A stretch of DNA of 64,000 nucleotides from Gammaproteobacteria bacterium RIFCSPHIGHO2_12_FULL_39_24 (GTDB taxonomy: Bacteria > Pseudomonadota > Gammaproteobacteria > Coxiellales > Coxiellaceae). Within the stretch, counting starts at the first letter, position 1, and every line of letters begins with the position of its first letter. Made by a program: the position numbers and the translations under genes. Under the pieces are notes generated by a model. The model was not told the DNA's origin, did not search any database, and was given only the letters and a program-made list of their open reading frames with translations. Below, one piece after another: positions 51,606-61,345 of the stretch. The DNA lies in contig MGXZ01000020.1 in assembly GCA_001802455.1 (NCBI GenBank), positions 32,742 through 96,741 on the forward strand, written 5' to 3'.

Positions 51606-52910
51606 TTATCCACAGGATTTTTGAAGTATTGAATAGAAAAAACCATCACGATTGTGATCACCAGTGAGAACTTGTTGACCATACTGGAGGTTAATTCCCC
51701 AATTATTATTAATGGGAATGATTTTTGCATTAGGTTGCGCAGCGAGAAATAATTGAATCACCTGTTCATTTTCATTAGGTAAAATAGAACAGGTTGTGTA
51801 AATTAATTTTCCATTGGGTTTTAATAGAGGCCAGATTGTTTTTAACATAATCAATTGTTGTTCTGATAAATTTTTAATATCTGTTTTTTTTCTTAAAATT
51901 TTAATATCTGGATGTCGTCTAATCACTCCTATTGCAGAGCAGGGCGCATCTAATAAAATACGATCAAAAACATTTTCAGAAAATTCTTGTTGAATAGACA
52001 AAATATCCACCACCATTAATTTTACGTTTTGCGAATTCAGTTGTAAGCGTTTTATATTTTCGTTAATTTTCGCTAAACGCGATTGACTACTATCAACTGA
52101 AATTAATTTTTTAATAATGGGATAGCATTCTAAAATATGGGTTGTTTTACTACCAGGTGCAGCACACGCATCTAAAATAATATGATCTGATTGTAAATCC
52201 AAATAGTCGATGACTTTTTGTCCGCTTGCATCTTGCACGCTGAATAATCCATCATAAAAACCCGGTATTTTTTCAATGGGAATGGCTTTGGTAATTAAAA
52301 TCGCTTGGGGTAAATCCTCTATTAATTCTGACGCAATATTTTCTGCTGATAATTTTTTTTGAAATTGTTTTGAATTAATTTTTGTTTTATTAACACGTAA
52401 AAATAAAGGTGCTTTTTGATTATTAGCTTCCAAGATATTTTTCCAATTTTCTGGCCACGCATTTTTAATAGCATCTATTATCCAGTTTGGATGTGAAAAT
52501 TCTGCTGTTATTCCTTTTATTTTTAAGGTATTTTCTTTTTGTTGTGTAATCACTATTCGTAAAATTTTATTTACCAAACCAGACGCCCACGCTTTTTTTA
52601 ACGCGCGCGTTGCAGTAACAGTTTCATCGACCAACGCATGTTTCGCAATACGCATAAATAAAATTTGATACAAACCCACACACAATAAACATTCAATGTC
52701 TTTATCTTCTTGTTTTAGTGGTTTTTCTAACACTGTTTTTAAAATAACTTGCAGTTGAATCCAAAAACGAATCACTCCAAAACACATTTCTTTAATAAAT
52801 GGAATTTCACCATTAGGTAATGTTGTTTCTAACAATACTTCTGACAGTGAGAGATGGTTATAACAAACACGGTGAATAATGGTTGCGGCAATCGCGCGTG
52901 AGTTTGTCAT
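51606..52910 (-). CDS. rsmB: 16S rRNA (cytosine967-C5)-methyltransferase
   Basis: 434-aa ORF with FSVQDASGQ, DACAAPGSKT, LLDAPCSAIGVIRRHPDIK and YTTCSILPNENE. Confidence 0.9.
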   Translation of the reverse strand: MTNSRAIAATIIHRVCYNHLSLSEVLLETTLPNGEIPFIKEMCFGVIRFWIQLQVILKTVLEKPLKQEDKDIECLLCVGLYQILFMRIAKHALVDETVTATRALKKAWASGLVNKILRIVITQQKENTLKIKGITAEFSHPNWIIDAIKNAWPENWKNILEANNQKAPLFLRVNKTKINSKQFQKKLSAENIASELIEDLPQAILITKAIPIEKIPGFYDGLFSVQDASGQKVIDYLDLQSDHIILDACAAPGSKTTHILECYPIIKKLISVDSSQSRLAKINENIKRLQLNSQNVKLMVVDILSIQQEFSENVFDRILLDAPCSAIGVIRRHPDIKILRKKTDIKNLSEQQLIMLKTIWPLLKPNGKLIYTTCSILPNENEQVIQLFLAAQPNAKIIPINNNWGINLQYGQQVLTGDHNRDGFFYSILQKSCG

Positions 52911-54985
52911 GATGATAAAAGAGAAATATCCGCGACTTTGGTAAACAAGGTTCGAATAGAGGCGAGTAATGCTAAACGATTTTGTTTTTTCTTCTCATCA
53001 TCCACCATAATCATCACAGAATCAAAAAATTGATCGATGGGTTCTTTTAAGGCGGACAACTCAGTTAATGCTTTTTCATAATCAGTTTTATCGTATAATG
53101 CATCTACAATTTTAGTACGCTCGGCTAATTGTTTTGCTAATTCATGCTCTGCTGGAAATTCAAATAATGTTGTGTTGGTTTTTTTAAATTCTTTTTTATC
53201 TAATTTTTTTAGAATATTGCTGACGCGTTTATTGGCTGCCGCTAAGCTTGCCGCTTCAGGTAATTTTTGAAATTGTAAAACCGCTTTGACTCGATGATCA
53301 AAATCAATAAGCGATGCAGGTTGACAAACAGAAACGGATTCAAATACTTCAACTGAAACACCTTGTTCGATATACCACGATTTTAAACGTGTCAAAATAA
53401 ACTCATGCGCTTCTTTTACAACTGCGTGGTTGGTTAATGCAGTGGTATATAATTTTTTAGATTCGGTTAATAACACCGACAAATCCACCTCTATTTTTTT
53501 CTCAATTAAAATACGAACAATACCGTGTGCTGCACGACGTAATGCAAATGGATCTTTATCACCCGTTGGTGTTTTTCCTATTCCTAATACACCAATGACA
53601 GTATCTATTCGATCTGCTAATGCCAAACCACTTCCGATTTCTGAAGCTGGCAATACATCACCTGAAAATTTTGGCAAATAATGTTCGCGAATTGCTTCTG
53701 CCACTACTTCAGATTCGTGATCATTGAGTGCGTAATAACACCCCATCACGCCTTGCAAGTTGGGAAATTCGCCCACCATATCTGTTACCAAATCACATTT
53801 ACATAAAGTCGCCGCGCGTTTCATCTCATTTATTTCACTATTCATTTTTTTTGCGATTACGCTTGCGAGTTTTATTAATCGTTGTGTTTTATCACCCAAA
53901 CTACCTAATTGATCTTGAAAAATAGTGTGTTCTAATTTCGGTAAACGATTAATCAATGTTTGTTTACAATCTTGTTGATAAAAAAACGCAGCATCAGATA
54001 AACGCGCGCAAATCACACGCTCATTTCCTTTTACCACCATTTCAGAATTTTTACTCACAATATTGCAAACAATAACAAATAAGGGTTGTAAATTACCACT
54101 TAAATCAGTCACTGGAAAACAACGCTGATGTGTTTTCATTGATGTAATTAATACTTCTTTTGGTATTGATAAAAATGGTTTATCGAATTTACCTTTTAAA
54201 ATAATAGGCCATTCAACCAATGCGGTTACTTCATTTAATAAATCTTCATCTAAAACAACCTGTTGATCTGAATTCACTGAAGACAAAATCGCTTTTTTTA
54301 TTGTGTTTTTTCGCGATTCAAAATCAGCAATCACAAATCCTTGTGAATAAAGCAACATAGCATAATCACTGGGTTTGGTGATGCGAATGGGTTTGGGATG
54401 ATGAAAACGATGTCCGATTGTGTCACGCGATGTTTGAATGCCGAAAATAGTAGCTGAAATAACTTCTTCACCGAATAACATCACAATCCACTGTACCGGA
54501 CGAATAAAAGTAGCGGTGTTTTTTCCCCAACGCATCGGTTTTGCAATCGGTAATGTTGAAATTACTGTTGAAACTATTTCTGGTAATAATGTTTTTGTTT
54601 GCAATCCAGGTTTTTCACACACACACGCTAATCGTTTTCCCTTTGGTGTTTCTTTTATAGTTAATTGATCCACCGACACACCACAAGATTTTGCAAAACC
54701 CAAACACACTAAAGTGGGAATGCCACTTTTGTCATACGCTTCTTGTAACGAAGGACCTTGGCGTTCGATAGTTTGGGGTGCTTGTGTGGTATCTAATCCG
54801 GTAATTAAAATCGCTAAACGACGCGGTGTTGAAAAACATTTTATATCACTAAAAGTTAATTTATTTTCTGATAAAATTTGTGAAAATTGATCGTGCAATG
54901 CACATGATAAATTTTGTTGTGCACGCGCTGGAATTTCTTCACAGCCTAATTCTAATAGAAAATCTTGTTTGTTTGTAAATACCAT
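52907..54985 (-). CDS. glyS: Glycine--tRNA ligase beta subunit
   Basis: DFLLELGCEEIP near the N-terminus, about 690 aa, directly downstream of glyQ. The start at ATG 54985 is preferred. Confidence 0.92.
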   Translation of the reverse strand: MVFTNKQDFLLELGCEEIPARAQQNLSCALHDQFSQILSENKLTFSDIKCFSTPRRLAILITGLDTTQAPQTIERQGPSLQEAYDKSGIPTLVCLGFAKSCGVSVDQLTIKETPKGKRLACVCEKPGLQTKTLLPEIVSTVISTLPIAKPMRWGKNTATFIRPVQWIVMLFGEEVISATIFGIQTSRDTIGHRFHHPKPIRITKPSDYAMLLYSQGFVIADFESRKNTIKKAILSSVNSDQQVVLDEDLLNEVTALVEWPIILKGKFDKPFLSIPKEVLITSMKTHQRCFPVTDLSGNLQPLFVIVCNIVSKNSEMVVKGNERVICARLSDAAFFYQQDCKQTLINRLPKLEHTIFQDQLGSLGDKTQRLIKLASVIAKKMNSEINEMKRAATLCKCDLVTDMVGEFPNLQGVMGCYYALNDHESEVVAEAIREHYLPKFSGDVLPASEIGSGLALADRIDTVIGVLGIGKTPTGDKDPFALRRAAHGIVRILIEKKIEVDLSVLLTESKKLYTTALTNHAVVKEAHEFILTRLKSWYIEQGVSVEVFESVSVCQPASLIDFDHRVKAVLQFQKLPEAASLAAANKRVSNILKKLDKKEFKKTNTTLFEFPAEHELAKQLAERTKIVDALYDKTDYEKALTELSALKEPIDQFFDSVMIMVDDEKKKQNRLALLASIRTLFTKVADISLLSS

Positions 54986-55033
54986 ATTTTCTCGTATTTT
55001 TACGCACTCATTGTCGCGCATGCTTCTGAAGCA

Positions 55034-55939
55034 TCACCCCACCTTATATAACGGAAACCCTAATTTTTCCCGCGCCGCATAATACGCATTCGCCACACCG
55101 AAACTTAATTTACGCACGCGCAAAATAAAGCGTTGTCGTTCTGAAACTGAAATAGCTTGTCGTGCATCCAGTAAATTAAAGGTGTGCGATGCTTTCAATG
55201 TCATTTCATAAGCAACCAAGGGCAATTGCAATTCAATTAAGCGAGCTACCTCTTTTTCGTAATAATCAAATAATTCAAATAGTTTTTTGGTGTCAGCATG
55301 TTCAAAATTATACGCAGACATTTCTACTTCATTTTGATGAAAAACATTTCCATACGTGACAACACCTTGTGGACCTTCAGTCCACACTAAATCAAAAATA
55401 CTATCTTTGCTTTGTAAGAACATCGCGAGACGTTCAAGTCCATACGTGATTTCACCCGTCACTGGATTGCACGGCAAACCACCCACTTGCTGGAAATAAG
55501 TAAATTGCGTGATTTCCATTCCATCTTGCCACACTTCCCAACCCAATCCCCACGCGCCCAATGATGGTGATTCCCAATTATCTTCGACAAAGCGAATGTC
55601 GTGCAACAACGGATCAATTCCTAAAACACGTAATGAATCTAAATAAAGTGTCTGAATGTTATTGGGTGACGGCTTTAACATCACTTGAAATTGATAGAAG
55701 TGTTGCACACGATTGGGATTTTCACCATAACGACCATCGGTTGGACGACGCGATGGTTGCACAAATGCGGTGTTCCATGGTTCAGGACCAATTGCACGCA
55801 AAAAAGTATTCGGATGAAATGTGCCCGCACCCACTTCTAAATCAAGCGGCTGCAAAATCACACAACCTTGCTCACTCCAAAATTGTTGCAGTGTTAAAAT
55901 AATTTCTTGAAAAGTGAGTGATTTTTTTTGATGTTGCAT
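55034..55939 (-). CDS. glyQ: Glycine--tRNA ligase alpha subunit
   Basis: [24 protein letters not shown]...[13 protein letters not shown]. The start at ATG 55939 is preferred. Confidence 0.93.
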   Translation of the reverse strand: MQHQKKSLTFQEIILTLQQFWSEQGCVILQPLDLEVGAGTFHPNTFLRAIGPEPWNTAFVQPSRRPTDGRYGENPNRVQHFYQFQVMLKPSPNNIQTLYLDSLRVLGIDPLLHDIRFVEDNWESPSLGAWGLGWEVWQDGMEITQFTYFQQVGGLPCNPVTGEITYGLERLAMFLQSKDSIFDLVWTEGPQGVVTYGNVFHQNEVEMSAYNFEHADTKKLFELFDYYEKEVARLIELQLPLVAYEMTLKASHTFNLLDARQAISVSERQRFILRVRKLSFGVANAYYAAREKLGFPLYKVG

Positions 55940-55998
55940 AACATTTTTGTGATTGAGGTGAGTGTGAATTAATTTCCACACTCACGCATCAATAATTG

Positions 55999-56853
55999 TT
56001 ATTGAACCGATTTAAGTTGATCTTGTAAATCTTTCAATGTTGTTGCGCCTGGAATATAAGCAAATTTTGTTTGTGCTTTATTGCCAATCACAAAAGTAGG
56101 CGTTCCCATGATTTTTAAATTTTGCGCTAATTGAAAATTCGCTTTCAATTGTTTTTGAATATCAGGTGATGCCATATCTTTTTTAACGATTGCCACATCA
56201 AAACCCGATTTTTTCACCATCGCTAAAATACTGTCCTGTGTGAGCGGATTGCTGCTGGTTAGTAACGCTTGATGTAATCCATAATATTTTGCTTGATTCG
56301 ATTTTGCAGCAGCCAATGCTACTTTTGCAGCAAAATCCGATACGCCGCCAAAAATAGGCAGTTCTTTGAAAATCACATGAATGTTTTTATCTTCTTTTAC
56401 TAATTTTTCAATCGTGGGTTGCATTGCGCGACAATGACCGCATTGATAATCAAAAAATTCAACTATTGTCACGGGCGCTTCTTTGCTGCCGATGCTGGGT
56501 GATTGTGTGTCATCAAATAAGGCTGTTTTATTTTGTGCTATTGCTGTCATCGCAGCGGTTTGCATTTTCTTTTCTTGTTCTGCTTGCAATGTTTGTGATG
56601 CTTCGACTAATACTTGTGGATTGGCTACTAAATAATCATGAATGATTTTTTGTAATTGCGTCACTTGATCAGGTGTAAACGCGCGCACGTTGTCGGGAGT
56701 TAATGTCGACGCATCAGTGGTTGATGCTGCTGTGGTTGTTGTGCTAGCAGCAACCGGTGTTGTTGTTACCGTTACTGCATCAGCAGCACACACAAGATTG
56801 CTAACGCCAGCAATAACAGTAGAAAGTAATAAAATGCGGATTATTTTTTTCAT
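55999..56853 (-). CDS. DsbA-family periplasmic thiol:disulfide oxidoreductase, Com1-like
   Basis: It has a signal peptide MKKIIRILLLSTVIAGVSNLVCA, then a Thr-rich tract, then the thioredoxin fold with FFDYQCGHCRAM (CxxC). From memory it resembles the Coxiella Com1 27-kDa protein. Confidence 0.8.
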   Translation of the reverse strand: MKKIIRILLLSTVIAGVSNLVCAADAVTVTTTPVAASTTTTAASTTDASTLTPDNVRAFTPDQVTQLQKIIHDYLVANPQVLVEASQTLQAEQEKKMQTAAMTAIAQNKTALFDDTQSPSIGSKEAPVTIVEFFDYQCGHCRAMQPTIEKLVKEDKNIHVIFKELPIFGGVSDFAAKVALAAAKSNQAKYYGLHQALLTSSNPLTQDSILAMVKKSGFDVAIVKKDMASPDIQKQLKANFQLAQNLKIMGTPTFVIGNKAQTKFAYIPGATTLKDLQDQLKSVQ

Positions 56854-56965
56854 GAGTTTTAGTCCTTTTATCAAAATCAAGATGGGTAACTATAACGATT
56901 TCATTTATGAACTGCAATTAATGTGTGTTCCAAATGAGTAATCGATGTTTTTTTGGTATGCGTAA

Positions 56966-57110
56966 GTGAATTAATAAAGAACCGCGCATGAGTGCGAAGC
57001 ACTAAATAAGCGGAGCAGAAAATCATTACTCACATCCGCTCGCTATGCTCGCGGTTCCGTACTGTTACACTGGCGCAAACTATGTCTCACTTTATTTAGT
57101 GTGTTGAACG
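56966..57110. repeat. Possible degenerate relative of the palindromic element family
   Basis: It contains GTGAATTAA (similar to the family terminus) and ACATCCGCTCGC, which is identical to 12 nt in copy C. It also has imperfect inverted repeats (GAACCGCG / CGCGGTTC; CACTAAATAAG / CTTTATTTAGTG). The conserved core is absent. Confidence 0.3.
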
Positions 57111-57153
57111 CTAAATCTCATTTTTAATCAATCAGTAATAGTAGTTGTTAATA

Positions 57154-57215
57154 TGTGGATAAAACTTATATTTTTATAAAAATCAAATAGTTGTAGTGCG
57201 TACTTTTGTGGATAA
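57154..57215 (-). promoter_or_regulatory. Two perfect, same-orientation DnaA boxes flanking an AT-rich spacer
   Basis: TGTGGATAA occurs at 57154..57162 and 57207..57215 (TTATCCACA on the minus strand). The spacer is AACTTATATTTTTATAAAAATCAAATAG. The site lies in the 468-nt non-coding region upstream of the Com1-like gene. Confidence 0.55.
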
Positions 57216-57321
57216 GAATAAGTGATTTCGGTTGGTTGTTTGGGGAAAAAGTGGTGAGAATGAGATTATCCGCCGATCAGAAAACATCGGCGGATATCCA
57301 TTGAGCGTTAGATATCAATTA

Positions 57322-57759
57322 TTATCTTGGTGATGGCGGTGGTGTTGGTGTTGGTGTTGCTGTTGTGCTCACGATAGGAAACCTTTTTGTTGTATCATCA
57401 AAGTCGACTACTGTTGATGAAGCATTACTATTATTATCATCTCTATTAGCATTATTAGCATTAAGCAGCTGTTGTTCAGCTGGCGTTGCCTGACGGAACG
57501 TTCTGTTATAAAAACCAGTTATTTTTTCAGCAATAACATTTCGGTTTTTGTAACCAACACAACCAATTGCAAAGATAGAAACTGTAATGGCCGTGATACA
57601 TAGAAGACCATCACGAGTCAGATCCCGCGGTTTTGGCTCTTTTGTATCATCTGATGGTATTGGCGCCGATGTGTTTGTGCTATTTGTACCATTGTTAAGT
57701 GTAATCCCAACAAGCCAAGCAACACCTGGTTGTAAATTCAGTTGTACAGGTAAAGGCAT
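57322..57759 (-). CDS. Hypothetical single-pass membrane protein with low-complexity Asn-rich and Thr/Pro-rich regions
   Basis: 145-aa ORF with a central TM helix LLCITAITVSIFAIGCVGY. Its C-terminus reads STTATPTPTPPPSPR. Confidence 0.45.
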   Translation of the reverse strand: MPLPVQLNLQPGVAWLVGITLNNGTNSTNTSAPIPSDDTKEPKPRDLTRDGLLCITAITVSIFAIGCVGYKNRNVIAEKITGFYNRTFRQATPAEQQLLNANNANRDDNNSNASSTVVDFDDTTKRFPIVSTTATPTPTPPPSPR

Positions 57760-57853
57760 GTAACTTTCTCCAAAATTAATTTTAAAGACATTATATTGAC
57801 CAGTTTCTTAGAAGTAAGATATTAATACAAATTTTATACGGTAGCAACAGAAT

Positions 57854-58717
57854 TTATACAGAAATAAAAGACCGTATTCTATTCATTGCGTTTTTTTCGA
57901 TCTGACGAACGCGCTCGATGGAGATGGTGAACATTTCAGACAACTCTTCAAGGGTGGATTTTTCCTCATTCAACCAGCGTCGCTGAATGATGATTTGACT
58001 GCGCTTATCTAATGCCGCGATGGCTTTATGTAGTTGCGTGCTTTGTTGTGTTTCCAACTCAGTTGAAGCTAGCGCATTTTCAGGACTAGCGCTTTGATCT
58101 TCAAGATAATTGATCGGTGCTTGCCAAGCGTGATCCTCTTCACCGCTATCAGAAGAAAATTCCAGTGATTGATCATGATTATTCAAACGCATTTCCATTT
58201 GACGCACATCGTGATGCGATACATTTAATGCTTCCGCAACCACCGCAACTTCTTCATTACTAAACCAATCTCGTTTTTTTGCCGCTTTTCGCAGATTAAA
58301 AAACAATTTACGTTGCGCTTTCGTTGTTGCAATTTTTACAATGCGCCAATTGCGAATAATAAACTCATGCATTTCCGAACGAATCCAATGCACGGCAAAC
58401 GACACCAATCGCACACCCACTTTGGGGTTAAATCGTTTGACGGCTTTCATCAAACCAATATTACCTTCTTGGATTAAATCCGCTTGTTGTAAACCATAAC
58501 CGGCGTACGTTCGAGCAATTTTCACCACAAAACGCAGGTGCGATAAAACGAGCTGACGAGCTGCTGCCAAATCGTTATGCTCTTGTAGACGAGTCGCCAG
58601 CGCTTGTTCTTCCGTTTCGGTGAGTAAAGGGATTTGGTTAACCCAGTGAATATAAGCGCCTAAACTACCAACGGATAACGCGCCTGCTGTTGCGAATAAC
58701 GCTGTATTATTTTTCAT
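57854..58717 (-). CDS. rpoH: RNA polymerase sigma-32 (heat-shock sigma factor)
   Basis: 287-aa ORF with the RpoH box QRKLFFNLRK and region 2 IQEGNIGLMKAVKRFNP. It is syntenic with ftsYEX. Confidence 0.93.
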   Translation of the reverse strand: MKNNTALFATAGALSVGSLGAYIHWVNQIPLLTETEEQALATRLQEHNDLAAARQLVLSHLRFVVKIARTYAGYGLQQADLIQEGNIGLMKAVKRFNPKVGVRLVSFAVHWIRSEMHEFIIRNWRIVKIATTKAQRKLFFNLRKAAKKRDWFSNEEVAVVAEALNVSHHDVRQMEMRLNNHDQSLEFSSDSGEEDHAWQAPINYLEDQSASPENALASTELETQQSTQLHKAIAALDKRSQIIIQRRWLNEEKSTLEELSEMFTISIERVRQIEKNAMNRIRSFISV

Positions 58718-58755
58718 GCTGCGGATTCTAGCATAAGTGATTTAAAGTCGGCAAC

Positions 58756-59709
58756 TCAATCCATTTGCTCGGGTTGATTTAAAAATTGTGTGCTGATAAT
58801 CCACGCACTGAAAAATCCCAGCAACGCAGAAACCAATAAAAGTAATAACCCAATTGAAATTGAAATAGTGTGAAGATGAAAAGGTGTGTGATACGTTTGC
58901 GCTAATTGTGAAATGGGCGGCTGAATTTGTGCGAGAAAAATTGTGATAAACATCCACGCAACCGTTCCACCTAAAAAACCATATAGCGTGCCACGATACA
59001 ATAACGGACGTCGAATGTAAGCATGTGTTGCTCCCATTAATTTCATCACTAAAATTTCTTTGGTGTGCGCAGCAAGTGATGAACGTAATGCGTGACCAAT
59101 AATTAATACCACACTAAAGCCAAATAACAGTGATAATGCTTTTGTTATTTTTTTCCCGACTAAGATAATATCGTACAAACGCGTCACCCAGTTCATATCG
59201 AGTTGGGCGATATCAACTCCCGGTAATATTTTTAGCGCTGAAAATAATGTGTTAGTGGCAGCAGGATCGCGATCATTTTTCGCGGGCAAAATAGTAATGA
59301 CACCTGGAATTGGATTTTTCTGAAATAATTTGACGACACTACCAAACGAAGCATTTTGTTGAAATTCAGCCAGACCTTGCTCAGGCGAAATATATTTTAC
59401 TTGCGCAATATGCGGATTATTTTGCAACTGTTGCATGAGCGCATCGACTTGTGTTTGCGCGATATCGGTTTTCAGAAATAATGAAATTGTCGGCGAACTC
59501 GTGTTCCACTGATGATCCACATATTGCAAATTTTCCAACAACACATAAAAACCCATCGGTAATGCAATAGCGATACCAATCACACTAATTACAATAAAGT
59601 TAGAAACAGGTGCTCTCGTGAGTTCAATGAATGCGAAACGAATTGCACGCCAATGTGATATTAACCAGCGAGAAAAACCATCGTGAATATGATTTGTTTT
59701 GTTTATCAC
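58756..59709 (-). CDS. ftsX: Cell division ABC transporter permease-like protein FtsX
   Basis: 317-aa ORF with four TM helices and a periplasmic loop. It has a 4-nt overlap with ftsE. Confidence 0.88.
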   Translation of the reverse strand: MINKTNHIHDGFSRWLISHWRAIRFAFIELTRAPVSNFIVISVIGIAIALPMGFYVLLENLQYVDHQWNTSSPTISLFLKTDIAQTQVDALMQQLQNNPHIAQVKYISPEQGLAEFQQNASFGSVVKLFQKNPIPGVITILPAKNDRDPAATNTLFSALKILPGVDIAQLDMNWVTRLYDIILVGKKITKALSLLFGFSVVLIIGHALRSSLAAHTKEILVMKLMGATHAYIRRPLLYRGTLYGFLGGTVAWMFITIFLAQIQPPISQLAQTYHTPFHLHTISISIGLLLLLVSALLGFFSAWIISTQFLNQPEQMD

Positions 59710-60365
59710 AACCTGTCCTGCTGAGTGGTACCATTGTGTAACGTGATCATGCGATAAGGCATTTGCGCGATGAGCGATAAATCATGTGTTGCAATTAATA
59801 CCGTAACACCGACTGCGTGAAATGCTTCAAACAATCGTAAAATTTCTATCGACAACTGCGGATCTAAATTTCCGGTTGGCTCATCCGCTAATAAAATATC
59901 CGGTTTATTGACTACCGCGCGTGCAATCCCAATGCGCTGCTGTTCTCCGCATGATAATGCATCTGGATAATATTTTTCTTTGGATAATAATCCCACTTTG
60001 TCGAGTGCTGCATGCACACGACGACGCATTTCACGCGTACGATAACCCTGAATTTCCAGTGGCAACGCAATATTGTCAAACACCGTTCGCGTGTTAATCA
60101 ATTGCGGATTTTGATAAATCATACCAATGCGACGACGCAGTGATGGAATTTGTTTTTTTGATAAGCGTGATAAATTATGTTGATTGACTTGAATTTGTCC
60201 GCGCGTTGGAGATTCAATTTGCATTGCAAGTTTCAACACGGTGGATTTTCCAGCGCCAGAATGTCCCGTTAAAAAAACCATCTCGCTCGATTTAATTGAA
60301 AACGACACATTGGATAATGCGGTGTGTCCGCTGTATTCTTTTGCAACGTTATTAAATTCGATCAT
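59706..60365 (-). CDS. ftsE: Cell division ATP-binding protein FtsE
   Basis: 219-aa ORF with GHSGAGKST, LSCGEQQRIGIARA and LLADEPTGNLD. Confidence 0.92.
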   Translation of the reverse strand: MIEFNNVAKEYSGHTALSNVSFSIKSSEMVFLTGHSGAGKSTVLKLAMQIESPTRGQIQVNQHNLSRLSKKQIPSLRRRIGMIYQNPQLINTRTVFDNIALPLEIQGYRTREMRRRVHAALDKVGLLSKEKYYPDALSCGEQQRIGIARAVVNKPDILLADEPTGNLDPQLSIEILRLFEAFHAVGVTVLIATHDLSLIAQMPYRMITLHNGTTQQDRL

Positions 60366-60386
60366 ATTTAAGCTATCCGTAATTGC

Positions 60387-61328
60387 TCATTCACCAAACA
60401 ACGCCTCAACAAAATCGTGTGCCACAAACGGTTTCAAATCATCCAGTTGTTCACCCACACCAATAAAGCGAATCGGTAATTGTGTTTTTTGTGTAATCGC
60501 AAAAACCATTCCACCGCGCGCAGTCCCATCTAATTTTGTCACACTGATACCATTTAATCCAATGGCGTCATGAAATTCTTTCGCTTGTATTAATGCGTTT
60601 TGTCCAATACCCGCATCTACAATCAACATGGTTTCATGCGGATAATTCACATCCATTTTTTGCATCACCCGTTTTATTTTTTTCAATTCACTCATTAAAT
60701 GTGATTGGGTATGCAGCCGTCCTGCAGTATCGGCAATTAAAATATCGTAATTTTTTGCGATTGCTGATTGCAGTGCATCGTAAATGACTGAAGCGCTATC
60801 AGCACCTGGTTGTTGCGCAATCACTGTGACATGATTGCGTTCGCCCCACACCTGTAATTGATCAATAGCGGCAGCACGAAACGTATCCCCTGCTGCGAGC
60901 ATCACTGTTTTTCCCTGAGTTTTATAATAATGCGCGAGTTTTGCAATACTGGTTGTTTTTCCCGCACCATTCATGCCGACCATCAAAATCACAAATGGTT
61001 TTTGATTGATGATCAGCGGCGCTTCATATGGTTTCAATAGATCAATCATTTCTGCTTTGAGTGAAGCGATTAATGCAGTAGGATCGGATAATTGTTTGCG
61101 ATCCACTTTTTCAGTCATTTTCTTTAATAAATAATTTGTCGATTCAATGCCGATATCGGCCGACAATAAAATCGTTTCAAGTGATTCAAGCAATTCCGCA
61201 TCAATGGTTTTTTTGCCGAGAATTAAGTTAGCCAATCTATCTGAAAAATTTTTTCGGGTGCGTTTTAATCCGTCGGCGAGTCGCCCGAACCAACTGGGTT
61301 CAGAGGTGGATTTTAGAAACTGGAACAT
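60387..61328 (-). CDS. ftsY: Signal recognition particle receptor FtsY (short form)
   Basis: 313-aa ORF with GMNGAGKTTSIAKLA, DTAGR and TKLDGTARGG. Confidence 0.92.
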   Translation of the reverse strand: MFQFLKSTSEPSWFGRLADGLKRTRKNFSDRLANLILGKKTIDAELLESLETILLSADIGIESTNYLLKKMTEKVDRKQLSDPTALIASLKAEMIDLLKPYEAPLIINQKPFVILMVGMNGAGKTTSIAKLAHYYKTQGKTVMLAAGDTFRAAAIDQLQVWGERNHVTVIAQQPGADSASVIYDALQSAIAKNYDILIADTAGRLHTQSHLMSELKKIKRVMQKMDVNYPHETMLIVDAGIGQNALIQAKEFHDAIGLNGISVTKLDGTARGGMVFAITQKTQLPIRFIGVGEQLDDLKPFVAHDFVEALFGE

Positions 61329-61345
61329 GTTTGTTTTACCTATAA

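Noticed and set aside
51509-51730. The 73-aa ORF spanning the rsmB 3' end and the adjacent gap
   Set aside because: It overlaps the well-supported rsmB C-terminus in another frame and extends into AT-rich non-coding DNA. It has no recognisable features.
56854-57321. Calling the DnaA-box region the chromosomal replication origin (oriC)
   Set aside because: Only two boxes are visible, both in the same orientation. Genes on both sides (gyrB to rpoH on the right, Com1-like to rsmB on the left) are all on the minus strand, so there is no orientation switch of the kind usually seen at an origin. The position of gyrB suggests that dnaA-dnaN-recF lie just beyond the right edge. I kept it as a DnaA-binding candidate only.
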